NCBI GenBank assembly: GCA_042218325.1 | Contig: JBDGRE010000001.1 | Location: 36,356-100,355, forward strand | DNA from: Candidatus Nanohaloarchaea archaeon | Lineage (GTDB): Archaea; Nanohalarchaeota; Nanosalinia; Nanosalinales; Nanosalinaceae | DNA: 64,000 bases | Reading direction: 5' to 3' | Part shown: piece by piece, positions 35,758 to 45,507 of the stretch | Numbering within the stretch: the stretch's first letter is position 1 | Layout of the letters: every line of letters begins with the position of its first letter | Notes under the pieces: generated by a model | Told to the model about the DNA's origin: nothing | Databases searched by the model: none | Seen by the model: only the letters and a program-made list of their open reading frames with translations | Program-made: the position numbers and the translations under genes

Positions 35758-36462
35758 TCAGTTCGCGACCTCTTCCTCGGGTTTCACGTGGAGGTCGCCG
35801 AGGAACTCCTCCTGTATGCACCGCACCTTCTTGTCGTTCTCGAGATGGAGGACGTGCATGAATTTCTCTATCTTCTCCTCGTTGCTCTTCTCCTCGAGCA
35901 GCCGAGAGAACTCTACCTTCTCCTCCGTCGAGACAAGGTCCTTGACCCTTGAGAACAGCGAGTTGATCCGGTCGTTCAGGGTTTCCTCCTGCATCTCGAA
36001 CTGCTGGTCGAGCTCCTGTCGCTCCTCCTGACGTTCTTCCCTCCGCTCCTTCACCTCTATAGCGTCCTCGAGCGCGTCCTTCAGCTCGTCGAACTCCATC
36101 CTGCGCCTCGGTTTCGGCTTGACAGGCATCTCCAGTTCAGGCCCTTCCTCCAGGTCCGGGCCGGGGTCCTCCTCGATTTCCTCCATCTCCCCGTCGAAAT
36201 CCATCGGGTTCTCCTCCGGCTCCTCCTGCAGCGGGTCCTCGCCGTCGATAGCCATCGCCTTGATATTCAGAAGCGCCGCGCAGATACGGACGGCCCGTGC
36301 GGAAACGGAGAGGTCGAGCTCCTGCAGCTCGTTTATGTACTCTCTGTATCGGCCGGCGAGAACTTCTATATCTATCTCCGTGGGGTCCATATCCGCTGTA
36401 AGTATATCCAGCGTCTCCTCCCACGGCTGCTCCGCCAGCATTCTGGTATCGTGTTCTTCCAT
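35758..36462 (-). CDS. scpA: Segregation/condensation kleisin ScpA
   Basis: MDPTEIDIEVLA..Y, SARAVRICAALLNIKA, FMHVLHLE...QEEFLGDLHV. Confidence 0.88.
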   Translation of the reverse strand: MEEHDTRMLAEQPWEETLDILTADMDPTEIDIEVLAGRYREYINELQELDLSVSARAVRICAALLNIKAMAIDGEDPLQEEPEENPMDFDGEMEEIEEDPGPDLEEGPELEMPVKPKPRRRMEFDELKDALEDAIEVKERREERQEERQELDQQFEMQEETLNDRINSLFSRVKDLVSTEEKVEFSRLLEEKSNEEKIEKFMHVLHLENDKKVRCIQEEFLGDLHVKPEEEVAN

Positions 36463-36532
36463 AACAGGGCCTCGTCAAGACCCCTTGCCCCCGTGCTCAA
36501 ATGTTCCGGGCCGATGTTATTAAAACCATCTG

Positions 36533-36925
36533 TTATACGTATTCGTCGGGATTATCGGCCATCCGGACACCGTACCTCGGTCCCAGCCTCTCTTCAAGCA
36601 GGGCGGAGATACAATCGTCCGCCTCCCGGAGACCTCCCTGGCCGTCATCCATGCCGAGTACCTCGTAGGCGAGAGCCGCCGAATCAGAAAAGCTGCCGTT
36701 GGTCACACGGATGGCGTCGACCTCGTATAGCTCGTCTTCATCCTGTACCTCGAGACGCATGACCTCGGCATATACCTCGATGTCTTCAGGGTTTATGTCC
36801 CGGCTCGATTCTTCCGAAAGCCGCTTGCTGAATTCATCTTCGATACTGTGTTCGCGCGGTGTAACATGCATGAGGTTGGCGTTACAGGCGAGGTGGACTT
36901 TTTTCCCGACACCTTCTCCGGACAT
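36533..36925 (-). CDS. Hypothetical acidic protein between smc and scpA
   Basis: 130-aa ORF with a TATAA box about 25 nt upstream. Confidence 0.55.
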   Translation of the reverse strand: MSGEGVGKKVHLACNANLMHVTPREHSIEDEFSKRLSEESSRDINPEDIEVYAEVMRLEVQDEDELYEVDAIRVTNGSFSDSAALAYEVLGMDDGQGGLREADDCISALLEERLGPRYGVRMADNPDEYV

Positions 36926-36964
36926 CGAATCTTAAGTGGTCGTCAAAATTTATAGTTCCGTTCC

Positions 36965-39493
36965 TTAAGCGTCCAGTTCGATGCTCCGGACCTTCGAGAC
37001 CCCGTCACGCATCGAGACGCCGTAGGCCCTCTCCGCGTGTCTTACCGTGATGTCGTTGTGGGAGATGACGATGAACTGGTTATCATCCGCGTAATCCTTC
37101 AGCAGCTCGCTGAGCTTCTTGGAGTTGGTCTTGTCTAGCGCCGCATCGATCTCGTCCATCAGGTAGAACGGCGACTCCTCGTACTCCAGGATGGAGAACA
37201 CGAACGCTATCGCGGTAAGGGTTTTCTCGCCGCCTGAAAGCGCCTGGATGATGTGCGGCTCCTTGCCCGGCGGCTGCGCCCTTATCTTCAGCCCTTTCTC
37301 GATGTCGTCGTCCTCAAGCACAAGTTCCCCCGATCCGCCGCCGAAAAGCCGCTCGAATATGTCGCTGAAGGAGTCCTTCAGCTCGGAGAACGTCTCCATG
37401 AAGCATTCCCGCTTGTCTCGCTCTATCTCCTCTATCATGTCCTCTATCTCCAGTTTCTCCTGCCGGACTTCTGACACTTTCTCCTTGAACTCGTCGTACT
37501 CGTCCTTCTTCTCCTTGTACTCGTCGATGGCCCTCATGTTCACCGGCTGCAGGTCGTTCATCTTCCGGACCACCTTCTTCTTTTTCCGCTTCAGCTCCTC
37601 CGGGGAGGAGTCGAGGCCTATCAGGTCGTCCTCGTCGAAGTCGTACTCTTCCTCGTCGCTCTTCACGTTTTCGAGTTCGGCCTTCAGGTTCGCTTTCTTG
37701 GAGCCGGTGCCCTCTATCTTGGTCTTCAGTTTCTCCTTCTCGGAGTACTTCTCCTGCCGCTCCTCTCTCAGCTCGTCCAGCTCGTCCCGCAGCTCCTGCT
37801 TTTCCTGCCGCAGCTCATCGTCGCTACTTTCGTCTTCCTGCTTTCTCTCCTTCATCTTCTTGAGTTCGGCGACATCTTTCTGCAGGTCTTCGATCTCATC
37901 CTCGAGTTCCTCTATCTCCTCCTTCTTTTTCTGGGGGTCGAGGTTGGATGACAGCGACTTGTTCTTCCGCTTCTTTTTCTTCTTCCCGCCGCTCATGGCG
38001 CCGCCCCGGGACATGACGTCGCCGTCGAGGGTCACGACGCGGACTCCATCGATATCCTTGACCGAGTCCAGGTCCTCCGCGATAAGGGTGTCGGAGAAGA
38101 CGTGGCTGATGACCTTATCGTACCTGTCGTCGTAGTTGACCAGTTCCGCGGCGTAATCGATGACGCCCTTTTTCTTCTTCGCCATCTTCGACTTCGCGGA
38201 GCGAGACCGGTCCTTTATCTTGTCCAGCGGCAGCATGCGGGCCCGTCCGATGTTCTCCCGTTTGAGGTAGTTGATGGCGTCCATAGCGGTATCGCGATCC
38301 TCGACCACTACGTCGTTCATGTGGCCGCCCGCAGCCGTATCCAGCGCGACCGCGAACCTGTCTTCCGCCGATATCAGGTCCTCGAACGTGCCGTGTATGT
38401 CGTCGTTGTCGAGCTGGAGCACCGCGTTGACCGCCTTTGAACCTCTCGATTTCCGGGACTGCATCTTCTCCAGCTCCTCGATGGTCTCCTCCAGGTCGTC
38501 TATCTTGTCTCGCTTGTTCTCTATCTGGCCCTTCTTCTTCTCTATCTTGTTGTCCAGGTGCTCGATATCCTTGTCGCCGCCCATCTGTTCCTCTATCTCC
38601 TCTACACGGTCCTGCTTCTCGTCGATTTCACTATCTATCTCCTCCAGTTCCTCCTTCAGTTCCTCTATGCGCTCCTCCTTCTCTGCCGTTTCAGTATTGA
38701 TATTGGCGAGCTGGTTGCTGAGCGCGCGTTTCCTGACCTCGAGTATCGACGCCTCCAGCTTCTTCTTCCGGTCTTCAAGCTCCCGGTACTTCAGCGCCAG
38801 CTCTTTCTCGTCCTTCAGCTTCTTGAGATGCTCCTTCTTCTCGTTCAGCAGTATCTCCTGCTCCTGGAGACGCTGCTCCACCTCTTCCAGTTCTTCCTCC
38901 GCCTCCTCTTTTTTCTCGTCGAACTCCGCGACCCCGCTTAGCTCGTCCACGACCTTGCGGCGCTCGACGTCGCTCTGCTCAACTATCTCGGTCACCTTGC
39001 CCTGCCGCACGAAGTGGTAGCCGTCAGGGTCGATGTTCGCTTTCCTGGATATCTCGTCTATCAGGCTCTTCTTGCAGTTCGAGCCCTGGAACTTGTATAT
39101 CGAGCTGCCGGCCCGGGTGACCTTCCGCGCCACTTTTATCTCGTCTGCCTCCTCCTCTGGCTCAAGGAACTCGTCGAATATGCCGGAGGAGTTATCCAGG
39201 CGGATGGTGACCTTGGCCATGTCCGCGGGCTTCCGGTTCTCGCCGCCGTTGAATATGAGTTGCTCCAGTTTTTCGGCGCGCAACTGTGAGGAGCGTTTGC
39301 CGAAGACGAAGCTGGCGGCGTCGATTATGTTCGACTTGCCGGACCCGTTCTCCCCGACGATGGCGGTCAGGCCCTGGTAGAAAGGGACCGCGGTCTTCTG
39401 CTGGAACGACTTGAAGCCCTTGCAGGTTATCTTGTTGATCTGCGTGTCCAGGTTCTTCTCTTCCTTTTTTTCCACGGCTTCAGCCTCCGCCAT
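36965..39493 (-). CDS. smc: Chromosome segregation protein SMC (short-armed, 842 aa)
   Basis: GFKSF, Walker A GENGSGKSN, hinge (IHGTFEDLI...GRARMLPL...DGDVMSRGGAMSGG), LSGGE, DEIDAALD, QFIVISH. Confidence 0.93.
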   Translation of the reverse strand: MAEAEAVEKKEEKNLDTQINKITCKGFKSFQQKTAVPFYQGLTAIVGENGSGKSNIIDAASFVFGKRSSQLRAEKLEQLIFNGGENRKPADMAKVTIRLDNSSGIFDEFLEPEEEADEIKVARKVTRAGSSIYKFQGSNCKKSLIDEISRKANIDPDGYHFVRQGKVTEIVEQSDVERRKVVDELSGVAEFDEKKEEAEEELEEVEQRLQEQEILLNEKKEHLKKLKDEKELALKYRELEDRKKKLEASILEVRKRALSNQLANINTETAEKEERIEELKEELEEIDSEIDEKQDRVEEIEEQMGGDKDIEHLDNKIEKKKGQIENKRDKIDDLEETIEELEKMQSRKSRGSKAVNAVLQLDNDDIHGTFEDLISAEDRFAVALDTAAGGHMNDVVVEDRDTAMDAINYLKRENIGRARMLPLDKIKDRSRSAKSKMAKKKKGVIDYAAELVNYDDRYDKVISHVFSDTLIAEDLDSVKDIDGVRVVTLDGDVMSRGGAMSGGKKKKKRKNKSLSSNLDPQKKKEEIEELEDEIEDLQKDVAELKKMKERKQEDESSDDELRQEKQELRDELDELREERQEKYSEKEKLKTKIEGTGSKKANLKAELENVKSDEEEYDFDEDDLIGLDSSPEELKRKKKKVVRKMNDLQPVNMRAIDEYKEKKDEYDEFKEKVSEVRQEKLEIEDMIEEIERDKRECFMETFSELKDSFSDIFERLFGGGSGELVLEDDDIEKGLKIRAQPPGKEPHIIQALSGGEKTLTAIAFVFSILEYEESPFYLMDEIDAALDKTNSKKLSELLKDYADDNQFIVISHNDITVRHAERAYGVSMRDGVSKVRSIELDA

Positions 39494-39544
39494 CGTGGAT
39501 AAAGATTGGCCTCCGCGGCATAAAAATACTCTGCCTGCACGCTA

Positions 39545-39594
39545 TGTAATACAAAAACAGATTTATGGGTAAATGGTGTGTTTTTTGTATTACA
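39545..39594. repeat. AT-rich 13-bp perfect inverted repeat
   Basis: TGTAATACAAAAA - 24 nt - TTTTTGTATTACA, between the mscL stop and the smc promoter. Confidence 0.7.
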
Positions 39595-39597
39595 AAA

Positions 39598-39903
39598 CTA
39601 TATTTTCTCGACTGTTTCCTTGCCGAGCGCGTACTTCACGAAGAGGAAGACCAGCAATGCGATTGTAGTGAAGTCGATGAGCGCGCCGAGGAAATGACCT
39701 ACCTGGAACTGTATGCCTGCGAATCCCGCGCTATAGGCCTGCCAGTCGCCTGCAGGCAGGAAGACCTCGACGATCGGCATCACGATGTCGTTCACAGTGG
39801 CCTTGACGAGGTCGCTGACCGCCTGGCCGATGATAAACGCTATCGCCAGGCCGAGCACGCCGTACTCCTCGAGGAACTTCGTGAACTCGTCGACCAGAGC
39901 CAT
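39598..39903 (-). CDS. mscL: Large-conductance mechanosensitive channel (short form)
   Basis: EFTKFL...VLGLAIAFIIG...VNDIVMP, GHFLGALIDF. Confidence 0.88.
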   Translation of the reverse strand: MALVDEFTKFLEEYGVLGLAIAFIIGQAVSDLVKATVNDIVMPIVEVFLPAGDWQAYSAGFAGIQFQVGHFLGALIDFTTIALLVFLFVKYALGKETVEKI

Positions 39904-39970
39904 GTTTCCACAATTGTCCGGGACACTGATAATTCTGTCGACAGTTTTATATTAACAACAGTACATTACT

Positions 39971-40588
39971 ATGAACTGGTGGCAAAAATTGTCTACTGGT
40001 CCGTCTGACGGCGAAGCTGTCTCGCAGGTGGAAGTCCCTGTGGACACCGGCCTTGGGAGAAGCGAGCTTATGGACTACTTCCCAGGGCTTTACGCTATAT
40101 ACGGCGGATGTGAAAGCCTGGAGGAGCTCGCTAACACCATAATACAGAGCGACCCGGAGATCAAGAGGGTATAAGGCGACGGCCCTTTCCCGTGGAGCGG
40201 AGGTGAGGAAGTGGCGCAGAAGATAGAAGACCTGGCGGAGCCCGGTTTAGAAACTCTCGACATGGACGCGGATGTCCCCGGCAGCGTGGAGCTTGACTAC
40301 GATACCTCCGAGATAGATGGCCTTTCCGGGGCGTACGAGCTCCGGAGATGGAGGGAGGCGCAGGCCGGTGTAGTGGAGGAAGCACTAACCGTGTACACGC
40401 GCGAGGAGGATCGCCCTGAGCTCGAGCAGGGTGTATCCGCGGTCATAGACGTCTCACGGGAGTTAGTCGATGAAGTCAAGGTCGATGCAGCCAGCCCGGA
40501 GGAGCTTAAGGAGGATATGCTCGAGACAGGAAAGGAAAGAGAGGTGCCGAAGAACTCGAAACTGCGCAGGTCTACGCCGAATATATAA
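39971..40588 (+). pseudogene. Hypothetical acidic protein interrupted by one in-frame TAA (or two small genes)
   Basis: ORFs 39971-40174 and 40211-40588 are in the same frame, and the 12 codons between them are open. A GGAGGTGA SD precedes GTG 40211. Confidence 0.4.
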
Positions 40589-40657
40589 GAGAGGTCAGTG
40601 AGGAGTTCCCGGATATGGTGCCGGAAACCCCTGCCAAAAGGCTGCTTGTGCCCTGAA

Positions 40658-41968
40658 TCAAGGTGTAAGCCTTTCCGGTGTCCTCGGGAAAAGGATGCTC
40701 TCCTGCACGTTGTCGAGTCCTGCGACCTGCTTCACCAGCCTGTCGATGCCAAGACCGTAGCCTCCATGCGGAGGCATGCCGAACTTGAATGCCTCAAGAT
40801 AGAACGAGAAGTTCTCCGGGTCCGCTCCCTGTCTATCCATGTATTCCTCCAGCGTCTCGAGGTCGTGCTGCCTCTGGCCGCCCGAGGAAAGCTCGAGGCC
40901 CCTGTAGATCAGGTCGAACTTGCGTGAGGCGGTCTCATCTTCGGGAACGTCCTGCATGTAGTAGAACTTCTCGTCCGGGTAGCCTACGACGAAGAACGCC
41001 GGGTGGCCCTTTTCCTCGAAGTGTTCGCCGAGCAGCTTCTCGCCTTTTGTGTCGAGGTCGTTGTCGTCCTTCGGCACGTGGTCGTACTCCTCTTTCAGTA
41101 TCTCCCGGGCCTTTTCGAAGGTGATGCGCGGGAAGTCTTCCTCGGGAACTTCCAGTTCCACGCCCAGCACATCCAGGTCGTCCGCCGCGCGCTTCTTGGC
41201 CTCCTTGAGGGCGTAGCGAAGTGATTCCTCCTGGACGTCCATGACATCGTGATGATCGTCGATGAACGCCAGCTCGACGTCGAACATTTGGATCTCCGAG
41301 ACGTGGCGCGAGGTCGCGAAGTCCTCCGCCCGGAACGCGACGCCGGTCTCGTAAACCTTGTCGAAGCCAGCGGCCATCAGCATCTGCTTGTACAGCTGCG
41401 GGCTCTGGGAGAGGAAGGCCTCGTCGTCGTAGTATATTATCGGGAACAGCTCCGCACCTCCTTCAGCGCCTTCCTTCGATATCAGCGGTGTCTGGATGCG
41501 GATGTACTCGTTCTGGTCGAACCATTCCTCCATGGCCTCGACGAGGTGGGACTTGAGCGAGAATATAGCGTGTTTTTCCGGTCTCCTCAGGTCCATGAAA
41601 CGGTTGTCGAGTCTGGTGGCGAGGTCGGAGTCTATGTTCTTCGATACGTCCATCGGCAGTGGTGATTCTGCCTCGCCGAGTATCTCGAGTCCGGTCGGCT
41701 TCAGCTCCCTGTCGCCGGGCGCCTGGTCGGTCTCCTCGACTATCCCGGTCACTTGGACGACATCTTCCCTCCCTATGTCCTGCGCCTTTTCGAAAAGTTC
41801 CTCGTCGTCATCCTCCTTGAAGGTCGCCTGTATCTTTCCCTCGCGGTCCCTGATTATGACGAAGGTGAGGCCTCCGAGGTCTCTTATCTCGTGTGCCCAT
41901 CCTGCAACGGTGACCTGTTCACCGTCCATCCCGGGCGTTACGTCGTGGGTGTAGGTTCTTTCTGCCAT
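40658..41968 (-). CDS. aspS: Aspartate--tRNA(Asp/Asn) ligase, archaeal type
   Basis: [60 protein letters not shown]. Confidence 0.96.
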   Translation of the reverse strand: MAERTYTHDVTPGMDGEQVTVAGWAHEIRDLGGLTFVIIRDREGKIQATFKEDDDEELFEKAQDIGREDVVQVTGIVEETDQAPGDRELKPTGLEILGEAESPLPMDVSKNIDSDLATRLDNRFMDLRRPEKHAIFSLKSHLVEAMEEWFDQNEYIRIQTPLISKEGAEGGAELFPIIYYDDEAFLSQSPQLYKQMLMAAGFDKVYETGVAFRAEDFATSRHVSEIQMFDVELAFIDDHHDVMDVQEESLRYALKEAKKRAADDLDVLGVELEVPEEDFPRITFEKAREILKEEYDHVPKDDNDLDTKGEKLLGEHFEEKGHPAFFVVGYPDEKFYYMQDVPEDETASRKFDLIYRGLELSSGGQRQHDLETLEEYMDRQGADPENFSFYLEAFKFGMPPHGGYGLGIDRLVKQVAGLDNVQESILFPRTPERLTP

Positions 41969-42014
41969 CTGTATTCACAGGGCTATAACGGTTCCGGACT
42001 TTTTTATTGGCTTC

Positions 42015-42602
42015 CTACACCAGCAGGAAAGCCACAGTTACGGATGCAGCGGCGATGAGCGCACCTGCGATCACGTCCTGGGCCGTGTGCTGTTCGAGCC
42101 TGATCCTTGACCAGCCGACCGCCGCGAGCAGCAGGAAAACTACTGCGGCTGCGAAGGTCGAGTAGAACGCGGCAGTGGCTGCGACCCCGGACAGCACGCC
42201 TGCATGTATGCTGGGCTTTACGTATTCGTTCCCGGCTGCGCCTGCAGCTATAGCGGCTATCCCGGCGTATGCCAGTTTCTGGAAAACCACTGGTGCGTTC
42301 AGAATCGCCGCAAGCAACAGGAAGACAGTTGAGAAAAGCATCGCGAGGACGTAGAAAAGTGTTCTCTCCTCGCGGATGTAGAGGTCGTAGCCGTAGAACC
42401 GCTCGGCCGATTTCACGGCTATATAGGTCGGCAGGACTACGACCGCGATCCCTAAAACCACGAACTCCAGGAAAGGCTTGGCAGGGAGACCGGTTAACTC
42501 CACCAGGAGCAGGCCGCCGCCGATACTGGTGGCGAAGGGGTTGAAAACCAGTGAAACTGCGCCCGCCAGAATGTCTACCCCGCTCCGGGAGATTTTTCTC
42601 AC
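42015..42602 (-). CDS. PAP2-superfamily membrane protein
   Basis: Multi-TM; KPSIHAG and WSRIRLEQHT..DVIAG. Confidence 0.7.
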   Translation of the reverse strand: MRKISRSGVDILAGAVSLVFNPFATSIGGGLLLVELTGLPAKPFLEFVVLGIAVVVLPTYIAVKSAERFYGYDLYIREERTLFYVLAMLFSTVFLLLAAILNAPVVFQKLAYAGIAAIAAGAAGNEYVKPSIHAGVLSGVAATAAFYSTFAAAVVFLLLAAVGWSRIRLEQHTAQDVIAGALIAAASVTVAFLLV

Positions 42603-44773
42603 CTGACGATTACTGTCCCGGTGTCTCCAGCTGCCCTGTGGTTGTGGTAGCCGAATTCACCCGTTTTCTCGAACTCGAAGCTGAACCTTCCGCCTGAGGA
42701 GCACTGGTCGAACGTGTCGCTTTCGCCATCGCTGCAGTGCTGGCTCGTCGAGGTGCCGTCGTACTGCGTGTGAGTCGGGTGCCGGTCGGATGCGACCCAC
42801 ATCGAGCTGCCGGCCTCGTTGACCCATGTGACCTCCTCGCCCCGCTGGATGGTTATGGTCTGGGGCTGGAAGCCCGAATCCGTGTAAGTGACCACGTTGT
42901 CCGGGCTGGAGGTCTCGTCTTCAGTCTCGGATCCGTCTTCGGCTGACTCGTTTTCGGACTTCCCTGTTTCGCTCTCGTGCTCCGTGAAACCGGGGACTGA
43001 AACGTCGCGAGAAAGGCTGTTGACTTGCTGTCCGTCGACGACGAGGGTGACGCTGGCGCTGTAGCTGCCGTCCTCCAGCTTGACACTCTTCTCGGCCTTG
43101 TAGTCGGTGACTGCCTGTCCCGCAGCGCCGGTGGGCGGTGATAGACTGAAAGTGAACTTCACGCTGCCGCTTCCCCTGTTCATTTTTTTGCTCCAGGTGT
43201 ATCCGAGTGAGGGCGCGGTGTACTCTGTCTCGGCCTTCAGCTCGGAGCCTTCCAGTTCAAGCTTGACCTCCGAGCTTCCGACCTCCGCACGGTCTCCATC
43301 TTTCCGGCGTTCACGGGCTTCCTCGCGTGCCTCTTTCCTGAGCTCCCTGCGTTCGTCGCGGAACTCCTGGATTATCTCGAGCCGTTCTTCCTGGCTCTCT
43401 GCCTCCCTGAGTTCCTGGGCCATCTCCCGGCTGAACTCCTTCATCTTCCTGACTGCTTCCTGCGTGTCCTCGCGTTCGTCCTCTATTTCCTCTCGGACTT
43501 CTTCATGAGTCATGCGCTGGTAGCGCTCCGAGTTGACGATCGAGAGCGCGCGGATCGCGCTCTTCCGGGCCTCGAAGTAGTCGCCTTCTTCGAAGGCTTC
43601 CTGGGCCTCTATAAGGTGTTCCTGCGCCTCCCCCGAGGAGTTGGAGTCGACCGCGGCCTCCGCCTTCCTGAGCGTCCGGTTCGCCTGTCGCTGGAGTTCT
43701 TCAGAGTTCATAACCTGCTGCCTCCACCTCCCGAACCTCTTCTGCTGGAGGCGGTTCCATTCGCGGCGGTTGTCGGCCGTGATACTGGACGTGACCTGTT
43801 CGGGTGGCCCGGATACACGGTCCACGCTCCTGTTGGTCTCCGACTCGATGCGGTCCGCTATCTGCCGGGCGAACTCCGGCTTGCCGGTTACCTTGATACT
43901 CTCCGCCTCTGTATCCCGCACGAGTTCGACAGCATCCGAGACCTGTTCCTGGCTGCCTACGACGAAGGATGCGGAGTTCGGAGCCACCGGCACAGAGATG
44001 GCGTGCCGGAAGTTGGCGGCCGCCACTATGACAAGCGTCGAGCGGTTGCGTGAGCTCTGCGCGACCCTTGACTGCACCTGGTCCGAGAGGCTTTCGATTT
44101 CTTCTGTTTCGTTCTCGCTCTCCTGCTCCGGTTCCTCTACCTCTACGTCCGTGACACCGATGTTCCTGAGGTCCTGTGTGACGTTGACGGCGTCTGTCGA
44201 GTAAACGTCGACCTCGGTCGCCCCGAGCCTGTCGATCTCCGAGAGAACCGCGGCCGACAGCGTACCTGTCTTCGAGATGAGTATAGGTTCGTCCTCGTCC
44301 TGGACCTCGTTCTTTACAGCGGAGAGCAGCTTGTAGCCGTTTTCCGCGTCCTGCGGGTACTGCACTATGGTCGCGGAGTCGCTGCCCTCACCCCAGAAGT
44401 AGCTTGAGACCTCGATGGAGGTCCCTACCTGCGTCGTTCCGAACAGCCGGGTCGTGGAGTTGACCATCGATTCGACCTCGGTCTGGACGGAGTCGGATAC
44501 GACCGCGGGCCCTCCTACTATTATCACCTCTTCTGCGCCCAGCTCCTGGATGGACTGTCTCGTGGAACTGGTCAGCTGGTTCTTATCTGTTAGAAGTACC
44601 GGTATGCCGAGCTTCTCCGACGGCGCAGAGGCGATGAACGCGTCCGGGAAGTTGGCGGTGGACGCAAGTATCACCTTGTCGACGTTAGAATCATCATTAG
44701 AGGGGCTTTCTTGGGCTGCCGAGAAAGATACTACCGCCATAAGGGCTGCAAGCAAAACTAAGGATTGTTTCAT
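42599..44773 (-). CDS. Secreted protein: cell-wall-binding repeat 2 (CWB2) + coiled coil + C-terminal cupredoxin-like domain
   Basis: Signal peptide; ANFPDA...IPVLLT...VIIVGGPAVVS (CWB2); E/R-rich helix; GFQPQTITIQRGEEVTWVN...HPTH...GEFGYHNH. Confidence 0.8.
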   Translation of the reverse strand: MKQSLVLLAALMAVVSFSAAQESPSNDDSNVDKVILASTANFPDAFIASAPSEKLGIPVLLTDKNQLTSSTRQSIQELGAEEVIIVGGPAVVSDSVQTEVESMVNSTTRLFGTTQVGTSIEVSSYFWGEGSDSATIVQYPQDAENGYKLLSAVKNEVQDEDEPILISKTGTLSAAVLSEIDRLGATEVDVYSTDAVNVTQDLRNIGVTDVEVEEPEQESENETEEIESLSDQVQSRVAQSSRNRSTLVIVAAANFRHAISVPVAPNSASFVVGSQEQVSDAVELVRDTEAESIKVTGKPEFARQIADRIESETNRSVDRVSGPPEQVTSSITADNRREWNRLQQKRFGRWRQQVMNSEELQRQANRTLRKAEAAVDSNSSGEAQEHLIEAQEAFEEGDYFEARKSAIRALSIVNSERYQRMTHEEVREEIEDEREDTQEAVRKMKEFSREMAQELREAESQEERLEIIQEFRDERRELRKEAREEARERRKDGDRAEVGSSEVKLELEGSELKAETEYTAPSLGYTWSKKMNRGSGSVKFTFSLSPPTGAAGQAVTDYKAEKSVKLEDGSYSASVTLVVDGQQVNSLSRDVSVPGFTEHESETGKSENESAEDGSETEDETSSPDNVVTYTDSGFQPQTITIQRGEEVTWVNEAGSSMWVASDRHPTHTQYDGTSTSQHCSDGESDTFDQCSSGGRFSFEFEKTGEFGYHNHRAAGDTGTVIVR

Positions 44774-44855
44774 GTTCTCGAATTGGTGCTCGCTGTTTAA
44801 ATTGTTGTGTGGCGGTCTACTACAGTTTTTTATCCCTCATAAACAATCGACTGGT

Positions 44856-45374
44856 ATGGCACTGAACCGTGAAGAACTCCGCGAGCTGATAGAGGAGAAA
44901 AACCTTGTATCGGGTTACCCGCACCTCGAGACCCAGCTCGGGTCGAACGGCTTCGATGTGACCGTCGATGAGATACATCGCTACCCCGGGCCGGGGAAAC
45001 TGGATTTCTCGAACGACGAGCGCGAGATACCGGAAACCGTTCCCATCGAGCCGGAGAAGAAGAGCGAGGAGGACGAGTACTGCTGGTGGTCGCTGGAGCC
45101 CGGAGCCTACAAGATAGTCATGAACGAGCGCGTCGATATACCGAACGATCTCGTGGGCCTCGCCTTTCCCCGCTCATCGCTACTCCGGATGGGCGCCACC
45201 ATCAACAACGGCGTCTGGGACTCCGGTTACACAGGGAGAGGAGAGTTCATGCTGACTGTCGAGAACCCTGAAGGCATCGAGATAAAGGAGAACGCTCGGG
45301 TGAACCAGATAGTCTTCTTCCACATGGACGAGGTAGAACAGGGTTACGACGGCAGGTACCACGAAGGGGAATAA
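44856..45374 (+). CDS. Trimeric dUTPase / dCTP deaminase family protein
   Basis: NGFDVT, LEPGAY, PRSSLLRMG, WDSGYTG, ARVNQIVF, YDGRY. Confidence 0.88.
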   Translation: MALNREELRELIEEKNLVSGYPHLETQLGSNGFDVTVDEIHRYPGPGKLDFSNDEREIPETVPIEPEKKSEEDEYCWWSLEPGAYKIVMNERVDIPNDLVGLAFPRSSLLRMGATINNGVWDSGYTGRGEFMLTVENPEGIEIKENARVNQIVFFHMDEVEQGYDGRYHEGE

Positions 45375-45397
45375 AAAGCTGTAGCTCCCGGGGAACA

Positions 45398-45467
45398 ATA
45401 GATGATGACGACTCAAGGCTGATTCCCGATAGAAAGGGAGATGATGAGAACGAACACCTCTGAGTCA
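45398..45467 (+). ncRNA. Box C/D methylation-guide sRNA
   Basis: C ATGATGA (45402-08), guide CGACTCAAGG, D' CTGA (45419-22), short hairpin, C' ATGATGA (45441-47), guide GAACGAACACCT, D CTGA (45460-63). An AATAAAAA box lies about 25 nt upstream. Confidence 0.85.
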
Positions 45468-45507
45468 CTTTTAATAACGCGCGAGGGAAACATTCTCGTG
45501 AAGTATA

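Noticed and set aside
39545-39594. dif/XerA site
   Set aside because: Xer sites have about 11-bp arms with a 6-bp spacer; the spacer here is 24 bp.
40172-40174. Stop-codon reassignment explaining the two in-frame TAA cases
   Set aside because: TAA terminates many conserved genes here (smc, thyA, rpl22, rpl23), so the genetic code is standard.
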